The translations under genes and the position numbers were made by a program. Shown here piece after piece: positions 39,365-53,368 of a stretch of DNA of 64,000 nucleotides (position 1 is the stretch's first letter; the number at the start of each line of letters is the position of its first letter). Origin of the DNA: Epiperipatus broadwayi (Eukaryota; Animalia; Onychophora); the NCBI GenBank assembly GCA_028023455.1, contig JAQFVV010000002.1, positions 30,752,001-30,816,000 of the forward strand, read 5' to 3'. The notes beneath the pieces were generated by a model. The model worked only from the letters and a program-made list of their open reading frames with translations, did not search any database and was not told the origin of the DNA.

Positions 39365-41260
39365 TTTGATATTTTGCAATGCAATCTTCTAATTTCTTCA
39401 ATAGAAAACACTTGTTTCTGAAATACTCAGCAGCATGTCTAATTGTAGTTCTCCGTTGTATTTATTCTTTGCCATATCTTACCAAAGCAGACAGTATTGC
39501 ATCTTGTTGGAATGTTTTTGAGATAATCATAACATAAACAAGGTCTATCTCTGCAGCAAAAACCATACTCTTGTTAATCGTAAAACACCTTCTTAGGAAG
39601 TCTTTAATTGATTTTACATGTCCAGATCAATGATGATGCAATTTTATAATACTGGATTCTATTGAATGACATTCAGCAAGTTGAAGAACATATTGATTGA
39701 TTTTATAATCTTACCATTGCATTTCTCTACAGTTTTACGAAGCATCTTTAAATTAAACGTTTCTAATGACTTTATATTGCATTGATAAGGTAGCCAATTC
39801 TCACTTCCACATGATAACCTAAACAAAATAAGAGTTTGTATATACAGATAATTTAGTTACAGTTTCTATTTCCATCTGATAAATTACCAAAGCTTCAGCA
39901 CTGCATATCAATATTTAAGTCCACCTTCTATTTATAAGCATACAGAGGTATTTAAATTGGTTTACATTTTCAAGTTGCTAACCATCCAAACTAAATGTTT
40001 CTGAGGATTTTTTTTCCATCACTGATTGATTCATAAAGGACTTCAGTTTTTTTTAACATTAAATATTAAACTAAAGCATTTATATATTATATTAAAAATA
40101 TTAAGCGTATTCTGTAAATCAGCTTTTGAACTTAGAAAAATGTTACATCATTAGCATAATGTAAATCCAGAATCTAAGAAGATGCAGTCCTTATTTTTGC
40201 ATGTTCACAGTTTCATTAAGATGCATATATACAATTCCAAAGGCTACTTTTCTAAAATTGAAAATAAAGAGGCAGCAATTTCATATCCAAGTCTTTATTA
40301 CATCTGATTGGCTGTCACATAAGCATTTTTAAGGTGTATCTGTCAAAGTTTCAGCCTTTCACTTATTATTATATTATCTGCTTGTGCTTAATAAATTTAA
40401 TATATATTTAAATAATGAAGTTGTGGAAGAATAAATATGATCAATTATACAGAAAGTGACTTATTGGTTTTTATGCTGGTTTTGGAAAAAGATAAGGGAG
40501 TTTTAGTTATAAAGGCCATGTCAAGATTATGTTGTGGAAATGGGATGGAGCAGGATAGAGAAGAATATGAGAAAACTTGAGGTGGGGAATGGAAAAGGAG
40601 GTCAAAGTGGATAACAGGTTTCTCTGGGCATAATTGCTGAGAGATTCCTAACTCCATATAAGGAGAAGTCACAGTGCATCACATCACATCAACATCAGTT
40701 TTCATTTTAAATGCCTCAGATTTTCCACTTATAGTAATAACACTACTTCGCATTTCTTTACGTCAAAACTGTACAATGTAAATAAATTTTAATGGACAAC
40801 CAACTAATTTCAAACAAAGCCATAGACCCATCTTATTAACTGAATCAAATGTCTAGACGAAATCAATAAAAGCAATATCTAAATCATTCTTTTGTTCTCA
40901 TCTCTTTTCTTGCATTTTTCTGCAACAAAAACCATGCTTTTAGGGGTTTTTGATTCTCTAAAATCATATTGAGTCATTCATCTATGTCTGAAAGCAACCT
41001 ATTCGACAAAATCTTTGAAAGTAGCTTTGCTGTAATAAGATTATAATGATTTTCCTTGATAATTGCTACAATCTTGGGTATTCTTTTTATTTGTAAAAAT
41101 TGACCAATAATAGCGTCTTTGCCCAACTTCGTGCATCCATATATTTCTAAAAATTTCCAACATTTTTGAAACTAATCTATCAGCACTATATTTTAAAACT
41201 CCAGGTATTTCATCATGTGTACCTTTTCCTTTTTTTAAGATTATGAAGTACTGCTTGAGG
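39365..41260 (-). mobile_element. RTE-BovB-like LINE relic (RT to C-terminus), interrupted near 40440-40690
   Basis: KLLSKILSNRLL, IAFIDF..TFDSVN..GLW, GCPLKFI, LHYANDV, KTEVLY...LENVNQFKY, RLPKKVFY, with many stops. Confidence 0.8.
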
Positions 41261-41294
41261 TCACTAAGCTGGCTATCTTTGTCTAAATGTAAAT

Positions 41295-42780
<1,486 letters not shown>

Positions 42781-43599
42781 TTCATCTCTTTGTGTCATCA
42801 TATAAATGCATGCCATCGCTACATTTAATAGAACTGTTATACTATTTTTTTGGTCCATATCTTGTTTTAGGAAACAAAAATGATCTGGAGTGACCAGTTA
42901 TTGTGATTAGATATCTCTGATGAACCATGTAACTTGGATACAGTTTTGTTGTGGTATGCTAAATAAATATTTACCCAAAATACCCTAGCATGTATTAAAT
43001 ATGGAATGACTGCTTTTAAACTTGAAACTTTGAACATGTTTGAATTCAGATTATTTAAATTCTCTAAGTATCTGATTATTTATAATCAATGTACATGGTT
43101 TTGAAATGTTTATGTTGGCTAGTGTTCAGTTTCATGTTTGGGATTTGAATTCTGCAGTGGGTTAGCGAGATAGACGAATATTTTATATTGCATATATTTG
43201 TGGTTTGCAGATTGATATTTATAGACATAGTAAAACTCGTCTCTAGGATAGTAGTAGCATTTCTATTTTATTTAAAGTTAAAACTGTAAGGAACATATAG
43301 CTCTGACAAAGACTGCTGGACAGTTGAAACTGTAAGAAAATAAAGAAGGTTTAGAAAATTACTTGCATTAAAGTGTATATGAATGAAGTATTATAAGTAA
43401 TATACATTTCTATTTTATCTTTTTCTCTTGGAAGTGTAATAACCATACCCATTTGTGAGGGCTTGCTGATGCTAATGATAATCTAATATAGCTGTTTATA
43501 TTAATGTATGTGTTTTACTTGTAAATAAATTTATTTGTATATATTTAAAAAAAACACATATGACTTTATGGCTCGAGAATTCATAAGAAGTTTGAAAGC

Positions 43600-43672
43600 C
43601 AGACCTGCAAACACCAGAATCGATCCTGGATATTCCAATTTCAAGTTGGACACTCTACCAACTGCCCAAACC
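43600..43672 (-). mobile_element. tRNA-derived SINE-like head
   Basis: Minus strand gggcagttggtagagtg (A-box-like) ... ggatcgattct (B-box-like). Confidence 0.45.
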
Positions 43673-44117
43673 ATGCAGAATTTTTCTTATATATGAAGAC
43701 AATATATAGTCTAATAATATCTTTAATTAAATGAATCATTTTTTATTAAAATAGAAAAATCACTTTAATTTTGAAAAAAAAAAAAAAGAAAATTTTAGTA
43801 TAAACTGATATCTACTTCTTGTTTCTTAAATATTAAAATCAAGCCACTTTAAAATCGCTGTGAAATAATAAAAAAAGGTTAAAGTGTTGGGAGGAATTGC
43901 AAACAATAATAATAAATTTGGGTTGATCTAAAAATGCAAAACCGAACACAAGTAATCTATTGTAATTCCAAATTGAAACAAAATGGGGTAAAGGTTATTG
44001 TATGGTAATGGGTCTGTGTCATTGTACTATTATTTTAACTTTTTTTATTTTTATTTTTACAATCAACTACATCTCAAAAAAATTCTAATACTTTGAAATT
44101 AGCATATTATATTTTAA

Positions 44118-44736
44118 TATTAATAATTAGCCATTAAGCTATTGCACATGACTTTGTGGATTTTTAAACTATAAATGAATACTCTCATTTTCCAAACACA
44201 AGATAAAGTCTTTGTCAAAAGATAGAGTGAATCCATCTATCTTTTCAACCCAAATGTTTATGTATCAGCAAATCTTAAGCTTTGGAAATGAGAACATGAA
44301 GATGTTATGCGATCACTTTAAATTACTTTGACTATGCCTGAATGAACGATGCTTGTGAAATTTTCTAGAATTTACGATACGTCATTCTTATTTGAAATTA
44401 AACATATGTAAGTAAGATATTTATTTTATATAGCGCTATGTTTTACAAACTTTAATATTAATAATTAGCCATAGTGAAAGTAATTTAAAGTGATCGCTTA
44501 ACATCTTCACACTCTCATTTCCAATGCTTAAGATTTGCCCATACTTAAACGTTTGGGTTGAAAAGATAGATGGATTCATTCTATCTTTTCACAAAGACTT
44601 TATCTTGTGTTTGGATAGTGAGAGTATTCATTTATAGTTTAAAAATCCACAAAGCACATGTGCATTAGCTTAATGGCTAATTATTAATATTACAGTTTAT
44701 AAAACATAGTGCTATATAAAATATATATCTTATTTA
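44118..44736. mobile_element. Two-armed inverted insertion of another family, 15-bp TSD
   Basis: TSD CATATTATATTTTAA at 44103-44117 and 44737-44751. Arms 44112-44335 and 44471-44692. Right tail is the inverse of 44405-44470. Confidence 0.85.
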
Positions 44737-45399
44737 CATATTATATTTTAAAATTTTCTCCAGATATTCCATCGGGACCTGCAGTCTTTCCAATTTTAAG
44801 ATACTATAGAATTTTTTAACTCCACTAAGCTGTATATCTTTGTCCAAATCTAAATAAGGATATAAAATATAAATATTATTAAAAATCATCATCTTAATTT
44901 TTGTTTCATCATTCAGAAGATTTTTGTATGATCAAAATATCATTGTCTTCATATAAGAGAGTGCCATTCCTGGATTTAATAAGATTGTGGTACCAATTTT
45001 CAGATTAAAATGTTGCTGTCAGCATATTAAAAAGAGATTTAAAATGTTCATAATCTTCAAATGTGTATATCCCCTTTGCAGTTTTAACCCACCAATCATT
45101 TTTAAGGCTTCTTCTCAGTCAAACTTTTGATTTTAAATCTCTATATTTATTATGAAATTTCACATTAAATTTTATTATTCTACTAAGCAGAAAATGCCAC
45201 ATTTTCTTTTTATTAAGTCACTATTAATTAGATGATTATTAGAAAATTAGTAATGGTTATTCTTTTTGATGAACCCAATAATAAATAGATTTGTTTGTAT
45301 CTTTTACACAATCTTTAAGAGAATTCACATCTCAGTAACATGATAATCTTGAAAATCTGAATTAGCAGTTTTTAATTAGTTTATAATTTTAATTTTGGA

Positions 45400-46560
45400 G
45401 GGTACTAAATCTATGTGTGATCTATCATCCTTCAATCTATGCTTGTATGTGTTCACATAATATAAACTCTTTAATTCTGACTTTTAAGTACAATGTAATC
45501 TATTAAATGTCATTGTTTTGAGCATGGATACATTCATTGATCTGCCTAAACAAAGAGTATGTGATAGTCAAGTTCAATAATGCCAGATTGTTGGAGTTTA
45601 TAGCAGCATTGCTGTTATTTCTAACAACTTTTGACTCAAATCTATTTTTTCTAAAATGTGCATTAAAGTCTTCAAGAAGAAGAATTTCTTTTTTTTAATA
45701 GTATTGCTATCAAACCAACACATCACATGATCATCATTTCATATGCTTACACAGGCTGAAAAATGTGTAGATGCTGAATTGAATTCAGATTTATATGACT
45801 ATACAAGCAAATGAGTTTGGATTGAAAACATTATTGTGCTTTCATGTTGGATTCCTAGCTTTATAGTTAACCAAATAGGTAAAAGGTGGTTGCTGGAGGG
45901 TTGCATTAGATCCTAAGATCTAGTTGCAGTTCTCTCAAATCCATGGCTCCCTGATGAAGGCTACAAGCTAGAAACTAGTCGGGATATTGGGTGAATAGAT
46001 ACTATGCACAAACTGCGTGGAATTTTGCTAGCAAATGCAACACAAGTGATTGAAGTTCTAATCTGATTGGTGGACTTGCTTTCATTGATTACAAAGACTT
46101 GCACTTGGTCGCACTACTGCATGGAGAGTTTGCTAGTAGTATTGCTATAATAATGCTATCCAGAAATGACCAAAAACCTCTGAATTCTCCGAATCTAAGA
46201 TTAGACCATAGGTATTAATAAAATAAGCATTTGTATCATTATGCAATGCAAGTTTTAGCATTCATAGTCTTTCTCTGATGCCATGAGAACTTTATTTCTA
46301 AGAATAGGAAATATTGGTATTAGACTTTACATTAAATCCAACACTATGCATTTTTCTTTCCCTGGCTGACCATCCCTTTCTGAAAAAAACTTGTATCTAT
46401 CCATCTGTTCTGTTAAACTTCCTTCTTTTTATTGATGAGTTTTTTCATTAAGAGTAGCTATATTGAACTTAAATCTTGAGTGTTCTCTGCTGCCAGTGCA
46501 GTCTTCCATTTTGGTTTTAAAGTTCGCACATTCCATGTACCTATATTTAGAAAAAGATTT
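45400..46560 (-). mobile_element. RTE-BovB-like APE endonuclease relic split by family A insertion A5
   Basis: IGTWNVRTL near 46550 and LLEDFNAHF near 45680. Confidence 0.7.
45711..46136. mobile_element. Family A insertion (A5), mirror orientation, 12-bp TSD
   Basis: TSD TAGTATTGCTAT at 45699-45710 and 46137-46148. Decayed HHR on + at about 45947-45985. Confidence 0.8.
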
Positions 46561-47129
46561 ATAACACCTTTATTACTATTGTTGTCTCTTGCTTTCTACT
46601 AGTATTAATAATACTACTATTTGTATTACTTTAATGAGAAATCTGCCAGGCCAGACTGTGTAGTCATTTTTAGATCACATTTTCAAGGCCTTTTTCACTT
46701 CCTTCATAGATAGGGGAATCCCTAGTTAGAACTGCTAAATTTACAATTTTTTTTCCAGCCGAAAGTTCTGGCTCAAATCTACATTCCAATCAAATTCTAC
46801 TACCTCAGGTAAAAATCATAACCAAAACTTCCAATTTCCTAAGTCCACTCCTAATCACTGCTTTCTTAATTCTTGAAAGCTTGGGCTAAAAAATCAAAAG
46901 GGAATAGGAGCCATTTAAAGTGTGGATATGTGGTTGTGCAATGACAGTGTTTTATTATTACAGGAAGTATAGGGAGATGATGACTGGATGGCATGAGAGA
47001 TTCACAATAACTTTATGTTGCACGTAAATGATTGCAAAAAGAAAGGAAGGATTCGGTGTCAGAATTGTTGTGCATTTAGTTAAAAGATGAATGTTACGAT
47101 CATTTTATTCCATTTCCATATATATATAT

Positions 47130-47450
47130 ATTAAAAGGGATTTTTAGCATTCCCATTGGATTTTCAATGAAATGGATGGCTAGAGTTGGAGGGTGATGAA
47201 GTTTGAAGCTTGTCCATTAAAGTTTGAAGATTTGCTGTCTTAATATAAACTGAGCAGTGATTGTATATATATGTGAGAGGTGGTGATCTGAACAAACTGA
47301 AGAATTCTGATTCAGCATGAAATATGTATATTGGAGATTATTTATCTTTTTCACATGTATGTGGTCAAATGCATCAGATGTATAGGATGGAATGGATAGC
47401 TGTGGGGAGCTTGAAAGGCTGAATTCAAATCCCTTCTAATTACATTAAGT
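47130..47450 (+). mobile_element. Family D monomer fragment with decayed HHR (47293-47334)
   Basis: CTGAAGA attctgattcagcat GAAA tatgtata ttgg. Homologous to 61160-61420. Confidence 0.7.
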
Positions 47451-47746
47451 TCAGTATAGAAAATATACATGTATTTAAATATTATATATATATATATTAA
47501 TATTTCCTATATAAATAAATGGAAACTACCTATTACTAGGGTTACTCAAATTTATAGGACATTTAAAAATAGTTTATGATGTAAACTTATGAATGAATGC
47601 AACTTTTTTTTGAAATTTTTTTTATACTGTATGTTCTTTAGAAATGTAAAGTTTGTATAACAATCCAGTTGGTGTTTTGATTAAAAATTTACAAAATTTC
47701 TTATATTTGGAGTACTTTGGAAGACAATAGAAAGTCTATTTGATTT

Positions 47747-48050
47747 GAATGTGGAAGGAAATACATTGGTGAGAGCTGTCGCCCTGTTGAGCAGCGATTG
47801 AAGGAGCACAAACTAATGGTTAAAAGAGAAAAAAATAGATGTATCTACCATAGCAGATCATGTATGTTCTAATGACCATATGTTTAAGTGGGAAAATACA
47901 AAGATATTGGATAAAGAGGAAAAAATGCATAGAAGAAAATTCAAGGAAAGTGCTCATATAACAATGGTAAATAATCCTATAAGTCAACCCAGTGTGGCAA
48001 TACACAATGTATGGAAGCCTCTAATTAATCTTGCTCTTAGGAAAAAATAA
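47747..48050 (+). pseudogene. Penelope-like element GIY-YIG endonuclease C-terminus (one frameshift in an A-run)
   Basis: ECGRKYIGESCRPVEQRLKEHK...STIADHV...HMFKWENTKILDKE...RRKFKESAHI...IHNVWKPLI..stop. Confidence 0.88.
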
Positions 48051-48440
48051 AAATAATTAGACTTGTTATAAAAAAAAAAAAATTGAAGGACTCAGGAGGA
48101 TTTGAACCAACCCTCATATATAAATATATCAAATTTCTACTATATGTTGCCTTTGACAGAATAGCTCAGTTGGTGGAACGTTTGCCTTAAAATTTGATAT
48201 TCAAGAATCTAAAGGTGCGAGTTCAATTTCTAAGCAAATATTGTCACTGTGCATATAGGCCAGCAACACCTGAAGAAGAGGGGAGAATAATACTTGTGTG
48301 TTATTACTAACAAGTTGTTTGTATTTGGAAAGTTTAAATAAAGTTTAAAATTTTCTGTACATTCAACATTCACTCATAAATGATGGAAATAGTCCAACAT
48401 ATCACATCTTATCCATCATTACAAACCTTTAGACAAATTC
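48051..48440 (+). mobile_element. PLE 3' region (family C) with tRNA-like A/B boxes and truncated HHR
   Basis: tagctcagttggtggaacg ... gagttcaatttc ... ggccagcaacacctgaagaagagggg, with the 3' half of the core deleted. Confidence 0.7.
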
Positions 48441-49026
48441 TATTTGATTCCATCTTGCACATTTTTTTTAATTCCTTAAACATAGGATTAAGTATAAGTA
48501 TTTAAAATTTTTTAATATGCAACTTCATTTCTCAAATGTGACTATAGAATTTTATGTATAAACGAATATATTAATATGATGTGAAATATTTCTTCATGAA
48601 GACTAAATTAGAATCCAAAGGTGGAACATACTTTGATTCATCTCTTATCTGACTTTAATGAATAAGCACAAAAAGAAGGAATGCATTTTTAGAACAATTA
48701 CAGATTAACCCATATACATGAAGATAAACAAAAATAATTAGGGAAAAATAGAATCATTACTTGATTTTTTTTTAAATCCACAAATCTCATGCCACATGAT
48801 CCCTAAAGAGTAATTTATTTGATATCCAGATTATTGTTTGATTAGCTTTATTCCAAAGCTTATTATCTTAATTAATATATGTTAATGAACATGTTCAATA
48901 GGTCTGTACTTCTTAAGGTCTTTTTTTAAAAATATCAATATAAATTATGCAGTAGTTCAACCATTACCATGGTATATTCTTCTATTGCCAACAATCGTCT
49001 ATTTTTTCATTTGTCTTTTTAAAAAC

Positions 49027-49770
49027 ATCTATCATGTTTAAAAAATAATGAGCTGTGCTAATTGCTTTAATAAGCTTTAATATTTACCAAGGCTGTAAAC
49101 CTTAAGAATATGCGCATGAAAATGTGAAGGTAGGGACCTCTACAGGTCTTAACCACAAGCTTATGCTTTGGAAGAAAAGAGGGGAACCTTCTTTACTTCA
49201 ACCTATTTTCAATATAAATAAGTGAAGCTGAAGCGGTTAGATCTGAGAGCTTGAAGCTATTCAGTACTTCACTGATTAAGTCCACAATTCCTATTACACA
49301 TTAGTACTCATGAAATCTTTCGATTTACAATGAGTTAATGGAAAGATCTTACCCTTAGTAAATATTACTTACGTTTTCAATGTGCATTTAAATAAATTTT
49401 ATAATTACAACTTTAATAAGCTTTATTGATAAATGCTGGCAAGAGAAAGCATTTTAAAATTTCTATCTAAAAACCACATCCCAACCTCAAACTAATGGTT
49501 TCATGCTTTGACACTCCTCATTGAGGTGCTAGGATAGCTTCAGACACTAAATCTGAAAATACCATAAATAAATAAATAGATAAATGCTAGCTTTGGGTTG
49601 GTATTTTTAGATCTAGTGTCTGAAATTACACTAGTCCCTCACTGAGGAGTGCCAAAGCATGGAATCATTGGTCAGAGGTTGTGGTGTGGTTTCTAGATAT
49701 TTTAAAATGATTTCTTTTGCTGACATTTATCAATAAAGTTTGTTAGAGCAATTAGCACAGCTCATTGGCT
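49027..49770. mobile_element. Family F inverted pair of decayed HHRs
   Basis: Plus 49637-49678 CCTCA CTGAGGA GTGC CAAA GCAT GGAA TCATTGG TC AGAGG; minus copy at 49485-49526. Outer arms resemble family B (gataaatgct, ttagagc.attagca). Confidence 0.7.
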
Positions 49771-50139
49771 TAAAAAAATTAGATCATGTGATATATGACT
49801 TGAATTTTTATCTGTCATGTTTCTCTCAGTTATTGGAGTTGTCTGATTACATGCCTTATCTCTTGATTTAAAATATGTAATATTTCAAATGAAGTTATTA
49901 TTATTTGAGGTATATATAGTTTTTATAAATTATCTTCAGATACTATTTTTGTTTTTTGCAAAGTGCCCTTTTTTTCATTTACTGAAATAACTTTCTGCCT
50001 AATCTTAAGAGGATATTTTATTTCTTTGAGATTTGTATTCTTTTCTACAGTTTTCTTTTTTGATTATCAATTATATATTTTTTACATTAACATTAAGTTT
50101 CCTTTTTGTATCCTTTTAAGGTAACTTTTTTTGGTATCG

Positions 50140-50620
50140 ATTTAGTTTTATGCTCACGGCCATTTTGAAATCTAAAGACCATCCAAAACCACCACTGACA
50201 CATTCAACCGATAAATGACATAAATATTGAATAAAAGTAACTTTAAATTCAAATTTTAGAAATTATAAGGTAGTAAAAATAATATGCTTATATCATGTGG
50301 GCATATAGTATAATCTTTTAGTATTTGGAAATTATAAGCTTGGTTTGATCAGACTTTTGCATCTTTTGGACGATCCTTTGGATCGGCCAAACCATCCTTC
50401 CCCTCTTCATATTACAGTGCTTTGTGCCATTGTATTTCAAATATTTTATGAAGATAAATTTTTTAAAAAACATCCCTCATAAAATAAAATATTTTTACTA
50501 GCTTATAATTTCTAAAATATGAATTTAAACTACTTTTATTCAATATTTATGTCATTTATCAGTTGGATGTGTCATCGGTGGTTTTTAGAATTCAAAATGG
50601 CCATGAGCATAAACTATATC
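50140..50620. mobile_element. MITE/foldback with ~150-bp inverted arms
   Basis: 50140-50285 is the inverse of 50485-50620. Confidence 0.75.
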
Positions 50621-51979
50621 TGGACACTTTTTTATTTATTTATGCAATTGTTATAAGCAGTTGTATTTTAAATTTCGTATTTCTTCTTTCTTGTATACAT
50701 TGACTTTTCTCAATAGAAAATTGATTGTTAAAGATTATTTCTTTGTTTGTATTTGTGGTCTGTATGGCTGTTATGAAATATATTTTGTTTATAGATCTCT
50801 TTCAGTTCTGAGGATATTTAAACAATCATTAATTTTAATGAATTATAAAACGATTACTAATGTTAACTGCTTTTCGCTAAAGACTACATTATTTTAGCAG
50901 CACTATCTATGAGCCAAACAACGTCTCACAGGTAGCGCTGTTGATTGGAAATTTTATATTTGAATTTTAGCTAGCAGTTGTGACTGGTTCTTTTTAATAT
51001 ATATATATTTAACTTTGCCGTAACACTTTCCCTTACATCTCATTAATCAATGTCCATTTTCCTTATTGAATCTATTAATAACTTAAAGACTCGAAATATA
51101 TATATTTCTATTAGCGAAACTATAAGCCATTTCTGTTGTAGTATAAATTTCCAAATGTATCCACTACAATCTTATCAATCAAACATTTGTCTAATTTTTG
51201 TATCAAAATTACAAATGTTTGGTCTGTTCAAAGGGTTTCACATCTATATAAGTCACTCATTTTTGAATAATTGGTGGTTGTTAAATTCTTTCTGATATCT
51301 CATCAAATCTGTAGTATTATTTATTCTTTTGCTTTTTTGTTAACAGTGAATCTTAATCAGTTGACATCGTGATATTTGCATCATTATGGTGAAGTAGATA
51401 TTCATTTTTCGAAGCAATTATTTCTTTTATAACTTCGAAAGTATGACATAATTTGCGATGCTTCTTGTTCTTCGTGTCATCTTTCTTCATTTCAATAAAC
51501 TATTTCTGTTGCAGTTGGATTTTGTTTACACTGAAAACTAAATGCATTTGATTTAAACTTGCAATATAATATAATTATATATATAAAAACTAGAAGTTTT
51601 TAATACATTAATGTTGAATCTATTTTTATTATTTATAGGAAAAATGCAGTTATTTTTTTTTGAAATATTAGTTTTTATTATTTATATAGATTATGAATGT
51701 TAAACTAAAATTCTTAACTTGAAATAAAAATCAATAGTTATCATTACCATTTTTTTGAATGAAAAGATTTAAATCATAAGTAATATATGAGATTATTATC
51801 GTTTTTATATTTATTCAAATTATGAATGCTTTTATTTATATGTATTTTTTTTGTTATTCATATATATTTTATGTCTGCTAGTAGAATGAGGATGGTTACG
51901 GTCTCTGGTTGTCATGTACAATGTTTGGATCGCACTATCCGCAATCATTTACTTAATGTTTGTTTTTTCAAATGTCAAA

Positions 51980-52046
51980 TGCGTTGACTGGGAATGGAAC
52001 CCTGGCCAGCTGAAGGTAGCTATTTTATTACTAGCCACCAACGCTT
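51980..52046 (-). mobile_element. Decayed tRNA-Gly-like copy
   Basis: Reverse complement ...aatagctaccttcagctggccagggttccattcccagtcaacgca. Confidence 0.5.
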
Positions 52047-53103
52047 GACTAATATTTTTTTATTTATTAAAGAAATTATAAGGAATTACAATAAATGTGC
52101 TCATTTTCATATTTAAAAGAAGTGGTTTTGCTTCCACATTTAAACACTTAAAATATTTTTAAGGCATAGTAAATAGTGCATTCATCTGATAACTATATTC
52201 ATGACTTAGAATTCAAATCCGAATTGTATATAATTTAGAATTTTTTTCATATTACAAGCAAGGTTACAAGCTATCCGCCAAGGTAATTATCCAGAAGAAG
52301 TGCTACCCCTTTTTCAACCTTGTCCATACTTCTCATTTCTATGCCTATTCATGTTACCTAAGAATATAATCAATCTCAAGCAATTACTTAAAATATATAT
52401 ATATAATCCTTTCAGCCCTACAATGTATCTATAATTATTCACATACTAAGAACAAGGCTTGCACTCTGTTTCATAATATTTGACAATAAGTACAATGTAC
52501 TAAAAAAAAAACATGGAATGGTTCAACTCATACCTATACTCTCTCAAATTTTTACCAGGAACATCATGACCAAATGTTGGCAATCAACTACTGTAGTTAT
52601 GCTCTCTCATAGCTTAAATCTTTATTTCCACTAACATTCCCCATCAGATTTCACTCCTGAAAATCAATATCTGAACTCTTCCTCAGTTTAATCATCATGA
52701 TTATATAAGAATATGACACTCTTCAAATTTGGATTGCACTTTATTAAGCAACTTATCATACCATTACGATTATAGTTTCATCAAACTTTTGCCTACAAAT
52801 TTATTCTATTGTAAATATATAACTATTTGTATATAGTTTGTTATTAATGTTTTTATATATATATTGTAACCTGTCAGGTTACATGTACTCGGCAATATAG
52901 TTGTGTGTGCGCACACACACACACACATATATATATAAAGTAAAGGAAAAGTAGAAATATACACAAACAAAAATTTTGTAGATATTTTTTTACATTTCCT
53001 GGAATAAAATAATGACTGTAAAGGATTAAATAACTCTGGTTTAAAAACAGGATTTTATTATAAATTAAAACATTTAAAAAAAGGTCTGAATAAATATTAA
53101 TAT

Positions 53104-53368
<265 letters not shown>

